From the human T2T-CHM13v2.0 reference genome, Homo sapiens, in NCBI RefSeq assembly GCF_009914755.1, contig NC_060928.1: DNA of 64,000 bases; one strand, given 5' to 3'. Shown one piece after another: positions 37,821-50,996 of the stretch (the stretch's first letter is position 1; the number at the start of each line of letters is the position of its first letter). The notes beneath the pieces were generated by a model. That model saw nothing but the letters and a program-made list of their open reading frames with translations, was not told the DNA's origin and ran no database searches. A program made the position numbers and the translations under genes.

Positions 37821-39601
37821 TCCACTAAATGGAAACTTAAATTTTCAGATTAACTGTAGAGTCGGTGAATAAAGACTTATTTAATCATTAATTAAAATAT
37901 ATTGAATATGCAGTCAATGAATGGCAATTTTTTGTATTAGGGCATAGGCTACATTTCTGAATTAGCTCAAGGATAAGGCCCATTTGTGTTTAGTAAAACC
38001 AAATAGAACAAGATAGAAAATAACATAAAAATTAACTGTGATATTGTTATTTCACTATTTTATCTGGGTCGTATTTTTTATTTAAGCAAAAACCCTTCAG
38101 GAAATACTATGAAGTCTGAGAAAGAAAGAACATTGAGACTTAATTTGCGAAGTAAGGTATAGAAATTATTAAAAACTGGATCAGATTTTCCTGGTTGTGT
38201 CTTTGTTTCTAAAATTCTATCAAAGCTTTTCCAAGCAAAATTGTAGAGGCAACATTTACCCGTATTCCAGTTAACCATAACATGTCTGCATTTTCATGGA
38301 ACAAATTTATATTTACATTGTTTTAACTTTTTTCTCTCCAGGTATTTGGCAAGAGTAAACATTGTGTGTATAGATTAATGTACGCAATAAAAAGATTTGA
38401 CCCAGAGCTTCTTTTCTACATTCCCTCTCTCCGTTCACACCAATATTTACAAACAAATGTTCCTAATTCCATTAGGTTTTGAGTCTGGGAATACTTTAAG
38501 TATTTTGTCTTTAATACAAATACCTTATTTATAAAATCGTCAGTTCTGCTTATAAAGAACTGGCTTACATAGTAGTTTCACTGATAATAAATTGTAGCCA
38601 CTAAATAATCAGATAATAAGTGTCCCAATATAGTTTAGAAAGTTTACCAAATTGAAATAACTTCCTTAGAGTAATTGCAAACTACTGATGGGTTTAACCA
38701 AAGCTGATAAACAGTATTTAAAACAAGCAAACGAAAACTAAGGAGCTTAAATGAAGTCCACTATCTTCTTTATTTCAAAAACAAAACAAAACAAAACCAA
38801 CTAAAATTTTTGTTGTCTATAATAGCTTCTTTATATTCTAATGTAGGATTTAAGCACTTCTGAAATCTTTGTTGGCACTACCTTATTTGTGAAGGCATTC
38901 AATTTTACAAGAAAATTGTTATTTCATTTGTATTATATTCCACAAAATCATAAATGCTTTAATGGTGAACATACTATTCAGAATAGTTCAAACAACAAAA
39001 ATATATGAGGGGATTTTCTTCAAAAAGTCTTTTATTATGGGATTGTTAAAAATAGAGTTGTTAACATACTTGACTTTGTATATTATTCATTTACCTTTAA
39101 GGCTACTCTTCTAAAGTGCAGCTACTTAGTATTGAAGGTTTTAAGTAGTGTTCACATTGTAACATTTAAAATTTACTCATTCAATCAGTAACATGGTGAA
39201 TATGTTTTGAGAGGTTGCTATCTATGGATTTCATTATAAGCCATGATATAGTGGTGCATCAAACATTCTTACTGCCCTTATTATAACCTTTAAGTTAAGA
39301 ACAGTACCAGCTTAACGTACTTATCTTAATGACATATTTTCCTGTGCATGTTTTAGAGAGCCACTTGTTTAATTATTTTTTTCCTGTTAAGCACACTAAA
39401 TTGTAAGTTCAATGAAGTCAGGGACCTTGGTTATTTAATTCAATCCTGTATTTTCAGCACTTATACTCAAAGCAGGAATTCAAGTGGTATTTGTTGGATG
39501 GATTAATGAACACCACTAAATATGGCCCTCACTTTATTAAGCAATCATCGTAAAGTCAAGATAAATTTAATTTTGCTTGCCGGATAGGCTATTGGTTATT
39601 C

Positions 39602-39934
39602 ATTTTTCTTTTTCTTTTTTTCTTTCTTTCTTTCTTTTCTTTTTTTTTTTTTGAGACAGAGTCTAGCTCTGTCGCCCAGGCTGGAGTGCAGTGGCACGAT
39701 CTCAGCTCACTGTAACTTCCGCCTCCAGAGTTCAAGCAGTTCTCCTGCCTTAGCCTCTGGAGTAGCTGGGATTACAGGGGCCTGCCACCACGCCTGGCTA
39801 AATTTTGTATTTTAAGTAGAGATGGGGTTTCACCATGTTGGCCGGGCTGGTTTTGAACTCCTGACCTTAAGTGATCTGCCCACCTCAGCTTCCCAAAGAG
39901 CTGGGATTATAGGCATTAGCCACCGCACCAGGCC
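39602..39934 (-). mobile_element. AluS-type
   Basis: Antisense dimeric Alu with a (CTTT)n/T tail. Confidence 0.95.
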
Positions 39935-40979
39935 TCATTTTCAATCTGATATAATAAGATGGATTGATGAAGAGACAGAGGATTGTATAGATAGAAAGAT
40001 ATGATAAAAGTAGTATAATAAAATGATAATTATATAATCTGTGTGGTAGATACGATGTTGATGAAAGTTTTTTCAACTTTCTATATGTTTTCAAATTTTC
40101 ATAATAAAATGTTAGGAAAGTGTGATGTAAATACAAGCTGATCAAGCTGCAAAACAGTGCAAAGAGACCTATTTCATACAGGCTCTTTTGTTTGGAGGGA
40201 CAGTTGAGTGAATGGAATAAAAAAGTCGCTGTTACGTTTACATCAATTTGAGAGACTCTGTGGCAGAATAATCTAGTTGTAGTTGTTCATCCCAAGAAAA
40301 CCATTAATTATGAATGATTAAGATAGTTGTACTTTCATTATAAGCATTTTCTTCTGCTTTTTATAAACTTTTTAAATTCTAGGAAACCAGCTGCCTGTTT
40401 AATGCCTTGGCTCTTAGAAAGAAATTGCAGACATCTAAGAATGCTGCCACTCTTTTCAATCTCGAGAGTGGGAATCAGTGGAAAGTTTAGATTTCACCAA
40501 ATTTGGACTTATCTTAGTCATGAATTTGAGAGTGTGCAACCTGATGGTAAGAGCATTCATTTATATAGTTTGTGGCTAGCAAATTTGACTTTTTTAGACC
40601 ATGTCATAACCAATGCATCATCACAGTTGGTAATCTTCAAAACACTGATGCATTTTTCTACATGCTGTTCCCAAATGTGCTGGACCAGCTGTTGAGAGCC
40701 ATACCATCCAATCGCCTGGAAGACCTCTTCTTGGACCACAAATCACCTAACGTACTATCCCTCTTTGTTCTAATGAAGAAAGGAAAAATTAAAGCAAGCT
40801 ACCGTGGTTTATTACTCATGTTTTCTCTGTTATGCATGGGCCGTGGGAGCCACCGCATTCACATTAGGAGCCCTTGGCATTTTAGGTAAGCATTACATGA
40901 CAGACAAGCCAATGAGTTTAATATTCACGGATCTGGAAGTGATTTTATGAATATTTGAATCTTGAAATGTTTGATTGAT

Positions 40980-41005
40980 TGTGTGTGTGTGTGTGTGTGT
41001 GTGTG
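40980..41005. repeat. (TG)n microsatellite
   Basis: Directly visible. Confidence 0.95.
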
Positions 41006-43249
41006 TTCTTTGTCATTTTCTCAGTGAAAATTGCCCTGACACTGATCTCAATGTTAATGTATTCCTGCTTACATTTGACTTTGGAATATGTTACAGCTAA
41101 TTATCATTACACTGGATGAAAGATCAGAGCCCTGAGTGAGGTGCTTGGGTTTAGGAACAAAGGGAGACCAAATCAGCATCTTGGCTCTAGGCCCAATAAT
41201 TGTAATCAAACATCTTGAAACTGATGGGATCTTTGCATTTATTTTTTATTTGTTATTTTTTTGTTTTCTTTCCTCACTTTTTGAAAGGAGGTGGGAAAAG
41301 GGGGCTAAGGGTTTGAAGGGGCTGAAATTTCCCCTTGAACATGATGTCAATATGTTGGCGTGTCTCCTTTTATTAAGACGCCATCCAACTGATAACAAGT
41401 CCTGCTGTGTTTTACCAACATAAAAAATTAGACTGGAGACCGAGGAGCGGCAGGTGGCTTTTGGCACCAAGAAATAATCACACTTGATGTGGAAAGTAAA
41501 GTAAAAGGAGCCATCTGTTCACTGCAGGAGGACGTGAAAAATCACATTAACATATTGTCACTAACATCATGAAATACACAGTTAATAATAAATTTAGTTA
41601 TCATGGCAAGTTGCATTGGATACTTACTCTGAAAATGCAGAATGTGAAAGATGCTCATTCTTGCCCACCCCTATCTTTTTTTTTTTTTTTTGAGAGAGAG
41701 AGGAAAAAAAAAAGCTTTAAACCTTTCCTTGGAATGTGTGTATGTGTGTGTGTATGTTGGAGATGGGGAGGGGAATGTGTATCATTTTCAAGGCAGACTA
41801 TGGTTCATTGTTGCTGACTAAGTGAGCAAAATAGCCACTCCGGCAGATGGAAGGTGTCATTTCTTGATTCCATCCACTTATTATCTACCGTGTAACTCTA
41901 CAGCTTCTTACCTGGATGGAAGAGAAGGGATGTAGAAGAAAAAAAGGTTGTTTTGATCATGTTCCTTGCACGAGACCCAGAGCATGCAGATGCTCTGTGA
42001 AAAGGATGGGGGACAGAGTGCTGCCACATGCAAGAATCAGTGGCTGTGGCCTTTTCTTGAGCATCGAATTTGCCTTTAGTAAAGTGTTCCAGCAGAATAT
42101 TTTTCTAGTGGGTTTTCTGTGAAATGCCTGCACATACTTTGCAGAACAAGTGTGTTAAGGCAATGTGATGGAAAGGTTTCCTTGCACTTCTTGTGTGTAA
42201 TGTTGTTTGCATATGTCAACAAAATGAATAAAGAAGCTACAGAGCATGGAGGTCAAACTGAATTGGGAAAATTGGGGTTATTTTCACTGGGTCATTACTA
42301 AAGCCATATTTAAACATCTTTTGCTGTCAGAGTTTGCTCTCTAGTTTCTTATAGTCATTGCTTATAATCACTGCAAATTGTGACTCAAACCCACACTATT
42401 ACTATTATTAATATTAAGATCTCATTCTATTTTATAAAATTACAGTTGTCACATAATAGAATCCTAATTAATAAGTTGACCAGTAGTTATTTCCTGAATA
42501 TGGCTGTTGGTCTACATCCAGTCATTATCCCATATGCTTGAGAGAAAAAATATATAGATAACAAATATCTATATGTAATCATGAAAACTATGTTAGAATA
42601 AGAATTAGAATTTTAGTTCCAGCTCTGACTCTAGCTTTATGATCTTTAGCAAGTCAAATCACCTCTCTGGCTTTTTTTTTTTTTTTTCCAATGGCAAAAT
42701 TTAGGCAACCTCTAAAGAAACTCCTCTTCTCCTTAAAACTTAAAGATTTTTTAAATATATTGTCTAATGAAACTTGATATTTATTTTAAGTTAATGAAAG
42801 AAAAATTGTGTTCAAGAAGCAATCATTTCGATAGTGTTATTTAAAAATTGTTAATGACCCTGAAAGGTAATGTGCAAATTAGGGTTGCCAACTTTCATTC
42901 AGGTAATGACGAGACAGGTTGTGATGGCATTTTGAGAGAGACCTGCTGTTTTGGGAGCAGGATGGTGGTAGGCTTTTCTTCTATTGTGTATGTAATATTC
43001 TGTCACTAAAGGTGAATGTTACCATGAAGTCCAGATCTAGGTGTAGACTCTGTCACCTGAGTTACCAATGTGTCTCATTCTAGTCCTAGATAATTTGCAA
43101 AAAAGTAGTCATGGGTGGAACAGAGTCTTCTATTTTGTATTCGTTTCTAAAGAATGATAGAGTTCTGTTCTCTCAGTTAGATGATCTGGACACAATCCAC
43201 TGTCTACTGATAAACAGCCACATGCTTGTTAATTTGTTCCAGTAGGCTT

Positions 43250-43540
43250 AAACCATATGCTGACTTACCTTTTGGACGTTCCTCCTTCTACTATATATTT
43301 TCCAAAGTATCTTCAGCTCATTGTCCTTCCTCAAATAAACCTTTCTTGAACCTTTAACTGTAGTTAAATCACCCTGCTATAGTTCCCTGTTGAACCTTGT
43401 TCTTCTGTTTTCTTACATTTCTTACATTTGAATTAATTGTTCAGAATGTAAGCCCCATGAAGGCAGCACCCTGTCTATCTTGGTCACCCATTATTAACAT
43501 CATGCCAGGCATGTAGAACCATTTAATAGGTATTACTTAT
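43250..43540 (+). mobile_element. L2 3' fragment
   Basis: gaatgtaagccccatgaaggcag...catgccaggcatgtag. Confidence 0.6.
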
Positions 43541-44100
43541 TGGTAGACAGTTGGACAGCCCAACCAACTTTCAGGGTTCGTCAGGTTTTAGGGAAAACAG
43601 AACATGTGTTTGGCATTTGCATCACCATATAGTCATCCTGAAACTCTCAGGTGATCTTCAGGTGACTGTTCCAGAGGTCACCATTCCTATTGGAAGCACA
43701 AATAAATCTAGACTCCGCTTTAGGGTTCTGATGGAACAATTAGAATTTTTAAAGGATATCCTAAAATAGACATCAAAACAGTTCAGCTAAATGCTGAATA
43801 TTTTTGAATATTTACTACTTTGTTTCTGATAATTAGGCAGCACTGGAAGATAAATTTCTAGGGCAACCCTGGAAATTTTCTGAATCCACCAAAACAGTTA
43901 AATCATACATGGACAAACTATTCTTCAGTAGACTAGAGTCCATCATTTTACCAATTTTTATTCAGCTTAGGGGAAACATGTAAATTTAATTTTGCAGAGA
44001 TGACAAATGGCAGAAAAATATGTTTTATAGCACAAAGCAAGATCTATATATCAATTTCTGTGTTTTCTTGCCGAAGTGTTTAGAATGAAATGAATTGGCC

Positions 44101-44414
44101 AGCCAGGTGTGGTGGCTCATGCCTGTAATCCCAGCACTTTAGGAGGCCGAGGTGGGGGGATCCCGAGGTCAGGAGCTCTAGACCAGCCTGGCCAACATGG
44201 TGAAACCCTGTCTCTACTAAAGATACAAAAAAAAAAAATAAAATAAAAGCTGGGCGTGGTGGTGTGTGCCTGTAACCCCAGCTACTCGGAAGGCTGAGGC
44301 AGGAGAATCGCTTGAACCAGGGAGGTGGAGGTTGCAGGAGCTGAGATTGTGCCATTGCACTCCAGCCTGGATGACAGGGTGAGACTCTTGTCTCAAAAAA
44401 AAAAAAAAAAAAAA
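44101..44414 (+). mobile_element. AluS-type
   Basis: Dimeric Alu with an expanded A-rich linker and an A tail. Confidence 0.95.
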
Positions 44415-45809
44415 GGCCAAATAATTAAGTATGACTTAAAATGATGAAATGAGTTACTGGTGTCCTCCCCACAGCTACTGTTGTTAGAATTGTTATATTG
44501 ATAGAGCCACATACATTACATGGAAGTATACATACTGAACTCATTGTATATTTGTTATTCTAATACATATTTACCGAAAATGTTTATTAATAATGAATAA
44601 TCTCAATACTAGGAGACATATGTATTGGCTTAATGCTTTATCAGCTGAAAATGTAGCAAAAAGCAGCAAACAGAAATGAAAAGTCTGTGATAATCATCTA
44701 AAAATGTAGATAAAATTAGAAAATCATCATACTTAATGATACTGAATTATGCTGTGTAGGAAGTTGCCAAATGTTTGGACTTAGGTTGAAAATATTTTGC
44801 CACGGTGCATAAAAATTACCACGGTGCATGAAAAAGACCCTTGGAGGCAGTTGTAGTAACTGACAAACATTTTAAGAATTGACAGTCCCCCTTACCCAGT
44901 AGATATGTCATTCCCTGCATGCTGGGCTTCTTTGCAGTTGTTGAAAACTAAGGCAGATGGGCACTCCAGTCAGCCTGAGGGGACAGGAGTAGCATACTTC
45001 AGGGCACCAGGTGCCCTGAGATTCCTCCTTTTCATCAGATGGGCTAATAGACCCACAGAGGCCAGGGATTCAGTGATATCCTAGAGGGTCTTGCAGGTGG
45101 TCATCACTGAAGTGACTGGTAGACTTCCTGCCGACCCCTGGTTTCACGGAGTGTTGAAAGCAGAATTCTTTCACTGTGACAGCTAGGGTTTGACATGAAA
45201 TAGCATATTAGAGAAACTCTGATGGTTTTTGAAGCATGGAAAACATTCAGAGGTTGATGATGATGAAGAATCCCAATGTTTTTCTTTTCTCTTTTTGTTG
45301 GCTAGCTATAGGTATCCTTAGTAATTCCATCCGTCAGTACTCTTTGCTCTTCCTCTGAACTTCTGAGGCATGCAATGTCTCTTCATTCAGCACTCTTAAT
45401 TCCTTTTTACATCTTGTATTCTTTTTTCTCTGATTACAGTGTAAGATACCTGATGGGAAGGGATTGCTTTATGCATTTTATAATCTCAGTAGTGAATGAT
45501 GCACAATAATAATAATCTATATTTTTGCTTTTCTTCTTTGTTTCTTCTTTCATTCATTCAAAAAATACTGACTGAATATCAACTATTTAATAGTCGCTGG
45601 GCTAGCTTCTGGAATACAATTCCTCTAGACAGACATAGTGCTTGCCTTAGCGAGGTTCTAGTGGGTAAGTCAGACAAAAACTGAGGAAATAAAGGTAAAC
45701 AAATACCAAATTGTACTACCTTTTAGAAAGGAACACATGGCTAAGATCAAGTATAACTGCAAGTGGAAAGCTGACTGTTTTACTTCTGTTTTTCTTGCTA
45801 TTTTTCTTT

Positions 45810-48640
45810 TTTCCAGCTTTTCAACTTTTATTTTAGATTCAGGAAGTACAAGCGCAGGTTTTTTACAATGGTATATTGTATACACTGTAATACATTGTAT
45901 TACAATGGTATATTTTATACAATGGTATATTGCATGATTCTGAGGTTTGGAGTACAATTGAACCCATCATTCTAGTAGTGAGTATAGTACCCAATAGGTA
46001 GTTTTTCAGCCCTTGGCCTTCTAGTTAACCTTTGCCCTCTTGTAGTCCTTAGTGTGTGTTGTTACCCTCTTTATGGCTGTATATATGCAATGTTTAGCTC
46101 CCACTTAAAAGTGAGAACAAGTGGTATTAGATTTTCTGTTTCCACATGAATTTGCTTATGATAATAGCCTCTAGCTGCATCCATACTGCTGCAAAGGACG
46201 TGATTTTGTTCCTTTTTATGGCTGCATAGTATTTCATGGTGTATATGTACCACATTTTCTGTATACAATCCACCTTTGATAGGCATCTGGGTTGATTCCA
46301 TATCTTTGCTATTGTGAATAGTGCTGTCTTGAACATATGGGTGCATGTGTCTTTTTGGTAGAATGATTTATTTTCTTTTGGATATATACCCAATAATGGG
46401 GATGCTGGGTGAAATGATTGTTCTATTTTTAATTCTTTCAGAAATCTCCAAACTACTCTCCATGTGGCTGAACTAATTTACATTCCCACCAGCAGTGTAT
46501 ATGTGTTCCCTTTTCTCCGCAGCATCTCCAACATCGTTATTTTTTGACTTTTTAGTAATACCCACTCTAACTGGTAAGAGATGGTGTCTCATTGTAGTTT
46601 TGATTTGCATTTCCCTAATAATTAGTGACGTTGAACTTTTTTTCATGTGCATGTTGGCTGCATGTATGTTTTATTTTGAGAAGTGTCTGTTCATGTCCTT
46701 TGTCCACTTTGTAAGGGGTTGTGTGTTTTTTGCCTATGTTCCTTGTAGATTCTTGACATTAGACCTTTGTTGGATACAAAGTTTGCAAAATTTTCCCCCA
46801 TTCTTTAGGTTGTCTATTTATTCTTTTGATAGTTTCTTTTGCTGTGCAGAAGCTATTTAGTTAAATTGTTAGTAGATATCATTTCTCAATTTTTGTTTTT
46901 GTTGCAATTGCTTTTGAGGACGTAATTATAAATTATTTGCCAAGGCTGATGCTGAGAAAGGTGTTTCCTAGATTTCCTCCATGATTTTAACAGTTTGAGG
47001 TCTTATGTTTAAGTCTTTAATCCATCTTGAGTATATATGGTGATAGGTAGGGGTCTGGTTTCATTCTTCTGCATATGGATAGCCAGCTATCCCAGCACCA
47101 TTTATTGAGTAGGGAGGTCTTTGCTCATTGCTTATTATTTTTGTCAACTTTGTTGAAGATCAGATGGTTGTCTGTGTATGGCTTTAATTCTTGGTTCTCT
47201 ATCCTGTTCTTTTGTGCTGTTTTTTGTTTTGTTTTGTTTATAACCAGTACCATGCTGTTTTAACTACCATAACCTCATAGTATAGTTTGAAGTTGGGTAA
47301 TGTGATGCCTCTGACTTTGTTCTTTTTGCTGTTGTTGTTGTTGCTGTTTGAGACAGAGTCTTGCTTTGTCTCCCAGGCTGGAGTGGAATTGCATGATCTT
47401 GGCTCACTGCAACCTCCGCCTCCTGGGTTTGAGAGATTCTCCTGTCCCAGCCTCCTGAGTAGTGGGGACTACAGGTGCACACCACCACACCCAGCTAATT
47501 TTTGTACATTTTAAAGTAGAAACAGGGTTTCACCATGGTGGCCAAGATGGTATTGAACTCCTGACCTCAAGTGATCCACCCGCCTTGACCTCCCAAAGTG
47601 CTGGGATTACAGGCTTGAGCCACAACACCCAGCCTGTCTCTGGTTTTGTTCTTTTTGCTTAGAATTATTACTATTTGGTCATTTTTCCCCTAGTTCTGTG
47701 GAAAATGACACTGGTCATTTGATCAGAATAGTGTTGAATCTGTAGATTGCTTTGGGTAGTCTGGTCATTTTAATGATATTGGTTCCTCCAATCCATTAAC
47801 ATGGACTTTTTTTTATTTGTTTGTGTCATCTATGATTTCTTTTCAGGAAGTACATCTTATGTATTTCCTTGGTTGGATGTACTCCAATATATTTTATTTA
47901 TATGTGGCTATTGTAAATAGGATTGTGTTCTCAACTTGGCTTTTAGTTTGACTATTTTTGTTGTATAGAAATGCTACTGATTTTTGTATCCTGAAACTTT
48001 ACCGAAGTCACTTATTAACTCTAGCAGCCTTTTGGCAGAGTCTTCAGGGTCTTCTTTCCTATTTGGATGGCTTTTATTTCATTCTCTTGCCTGATTTTCC
48101 CTGGATAGGACTTCCAGCACTGTGTTGAATAGGAATGGTGAGAGTAGGTATCCTTGTCTAGGTCCACTGCTCAAGAGGAATGCTTCCAGGTTTTGATTAT
48201 TCAGTATGATTTTGGCTATGCATTTATCATAGACGGCTCTTATTATTTTGAGGTATGTTCTTTTAATTCATAATCTGTTGAGGGTTCTTATAATGAGGGG
48301 ATGTTGGATTTCATTGAAGGTTTTTTCTGCACATATTGAGATGGTCATATGGTTTTATTTTTAATTCTGTTTATGTGTTGAATTACATTTATCCATTTAC
48401 ATATATAAAACCAACCTTGCATTCCAAAAATAAGGGCTACTTGATCACAGTGAATTAACTTTTTGATGTGCTGCTCGATTCAGTTTGCTAGTATTTTGTT
48501 GAGGATATTTGTGTCTGTGCTCATTAGGGATATGGCTTGTAGTTTTCTTTTTTTGTTATGTCTTTGCCAGATTTTGGTATCAGGGTAATTCTGGCTTCTT
48601 CAAATGTGTCAGTGAGAAGTTCTTCCTCAGTTTTTTGGAA
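45810..48640 (-). mobile_element. L1PA13-16-type LINE-1 3' portion
   Basis: ORF2 C-terminal remnant at 46127-46393 (GIYPKENKSFYQKDTCTHMF...WNQPRC...MWYIYTMKYY) and an L1PA-type 3' UTR. Confidence 0.9.
47331..47634 (-). mobile_element. AluS-type inserted in L1
   Basis: Antisense Alu with a (GTT)n tail and a long flanking duplication. Confidence 0.95.
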
Positions 48641-48959
48641 TAGCTATTTTTCTTTCTCTTCTTTCACCTTAGTTATCTCCTCTTCCAAGTCAAATATTCT
48701 AAATCTCTTCTTTCAGGTGGATGTACGTGCATTTAAAAATAATTATGAAAGGCTAATCACTATTATTATAATACTTTTCTTTTTCTGTTACACCTCTCCT
48801 GGGTATATTTAAGCAGATTGTTCCATAAATTAGAAGAATCCATGGCTTTTTAGTGGCTACATGCAGTGGTATGTCTTTCTGAGTATCACATTCAACAGAT
48901 TACATGTAGACAAATTCTGATTAAATTAGAATACAGAAAATACACTTTGCTAACATGGA

Positions 48960-49226
48960 AAATTTCCTTCTGAGGCCTCTCATTGGGTTATAGGTGGCCA
49001 ACTCTCCTCTTTATTTTCATGTGGTCTTCACCCTGTGTGTGTGTTTGTCCTAATCTCCTCTTTCTATAGGGATACCAGTCATGTTGGACTAGGACCATTG
49101 ATATGAATTTATCTTACCTGTTTTACCTCATCAAGGGCCTACCTCCCAATATAGTCACATTCTGAGGTACTAAGGGTTAGGTCTTCAACATGAATTTTGG
49201 GGGTGACACAACTTAGCCCATAACAG
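48960..49226 (-). mobile_element. MLT1B-type LTR fragment
   Basis: gtcctaatctcctctt...tagtcacattctgaggtact...cttagcccataaca. Confidence 0.8.
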
Positions 49227-49244
49227 ATACTGTAATAATTACTG

Positions 49245-49770
49245 AATCAGTCAGGGTCAGTTATAGTCAGCAAAATGGAAAGCACTTCAATTATTTGTGA
49301 TGGAAACAATTTAAAGCAAGGGATTGATTTTATGGGTGATAGGAGAGTTGCAAACTTAAAGAAGACGGTGAGGCAATCCAAATATCAAAAAATAGGAACC
49401 CCCTTATAAGCCTAGAGTGAACAGACAAAAACAGGAAGTAGTTCTAACCTAGGCAATAATGCATCACCCCATGGAAGCTGGAACCACGTAGGCCTGCCTA
49501 GAGGGCCTGAAAACAAGGAAACCACAATGGAAACACACTTGCTACCATAGATTAGTATTCCAGACAGACAGAGAAGGGTGAGTACTCTTACCTGTTAGTC
49601 TCATTCTTCTGCTTGTACCTGCTAATGGCTAAACCTGGGCAGAAGTCAGTTGATGCAGGAGCCTAAGAATTATTTACAGCCTGGCTGGCTGGAGTCAGTC
49701 CTCCTGCATTGCAGTCGAAGCAGGAGGACAGGGAATGACTTTAGGGGCAAAGAAGCTCAAGACTGACACA
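49245..49770. mobile_element. Ancient LTR (LTR78/79-like)
   Basis: cagtcagggtcag start and gactgacaca end. It resembles the 54020-55266 elements. Confidence 0.45.
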
Positions 49771-50996
49771 AGTACTAAAAAAATGAGAATATTATAAAAT
49801 GATTCAAAATGGCCCTTCAAATAAATGAAGGCAAATTTACATATTTATATTTATGGATAGTGACTGCTATATACATCTACTCACAACTGGCCAAACAAGA
49901 CTTACTTTATTTTATCCTTCTAATTACTTTAAAAATATTTCTCCTCTTTTTTGCTGGAAGATCCATTCTCCCTCCTACCCCACAATCTGTGCATTTCTAA
50001 TTCTAAACCTTGTTTAAAAGCTTACTTAAATTCTCCTTGAAGTTTTCCAAATTCTTCTTTCCTCCTGTTTCTCCTTAATCCCCATTACACTCTGTCTATA
50101 TTGGTGTCAAGTCACTAACAACTTCCCATTTATATTAGTAGCTGTTTATATACACAATTATGTACTTTTCAAGGATAGGGTCTGGGTCTTTACCTATCAC
50201 ACAGTTTTCAATATGCAGCTTGTACGTTATTGAAAATCAGTTAGTATATCTAGTATACTTAAGAAAACTCTTATAATAGTGACATGATTCCCACTCATTA
50301 TTTATAATCTTATTACCCCTCCTATCATTTTCCCATTATTTTTTGCCCTCCTGAATGACAAAGCTAAGAGAACACAAAGAGGTTTTTATTTGTTCTTTTT
50401 TTAAAGAAAGATGTACTTCATTTTATGGTTATATAGGTGAGAATCAATCCTTATCCTGGGATTCAAGGAAATATCCTCTTGTCTCATCTAAGCATTAAAA
50501 AGCATGTGAAATTTTGAATGAGTATCCTAAGATAATAGATCTCTTCTGTTTATATTTTTGCTTTTTTTGAGTGTCGATTTTTGTAGACTGGGAAATAAAT
50601 ATATTCCTTCCACTATTACTTATTGAATACTAACTATGGTCCAGGCATACTCTAGGCATTTGAAATATATCAGGAAACAAAGCAGACAAATTCTTCCTTG
50701 TATTCCAGTGGAAATAACAATGAACATTAAAGAATTTTAAGTTTGCTTGAAGTGATGTGTGATATGGGGTGAAAAATAAAATAGAATGAGTTATGTAAAA
50801 TCACAAGTGCCAAGATGGAGGTAAGAAGCTGATTGTCATTTTAAATAGAGTTCTCACAGTCAGCCTCATTGTGAAGTGACATTTGAGCAGAGACTGAAAG
50901 GAGGTGATGAAGTTAGCCATGCAGGTGTGTGAGAAAAGAGCTTTTTAGGAATACAGAACAGAGTGTAAAGGCCCTAAAGCCAGAGAATGACCAAAG

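Noticed and set aside
40327-40889. 122-aa and 105-aa ORFs as novel proteins
   Set aside because: No recognisable motif or coding-like composition, and lengths are within chance range for six frames of 64 kb.
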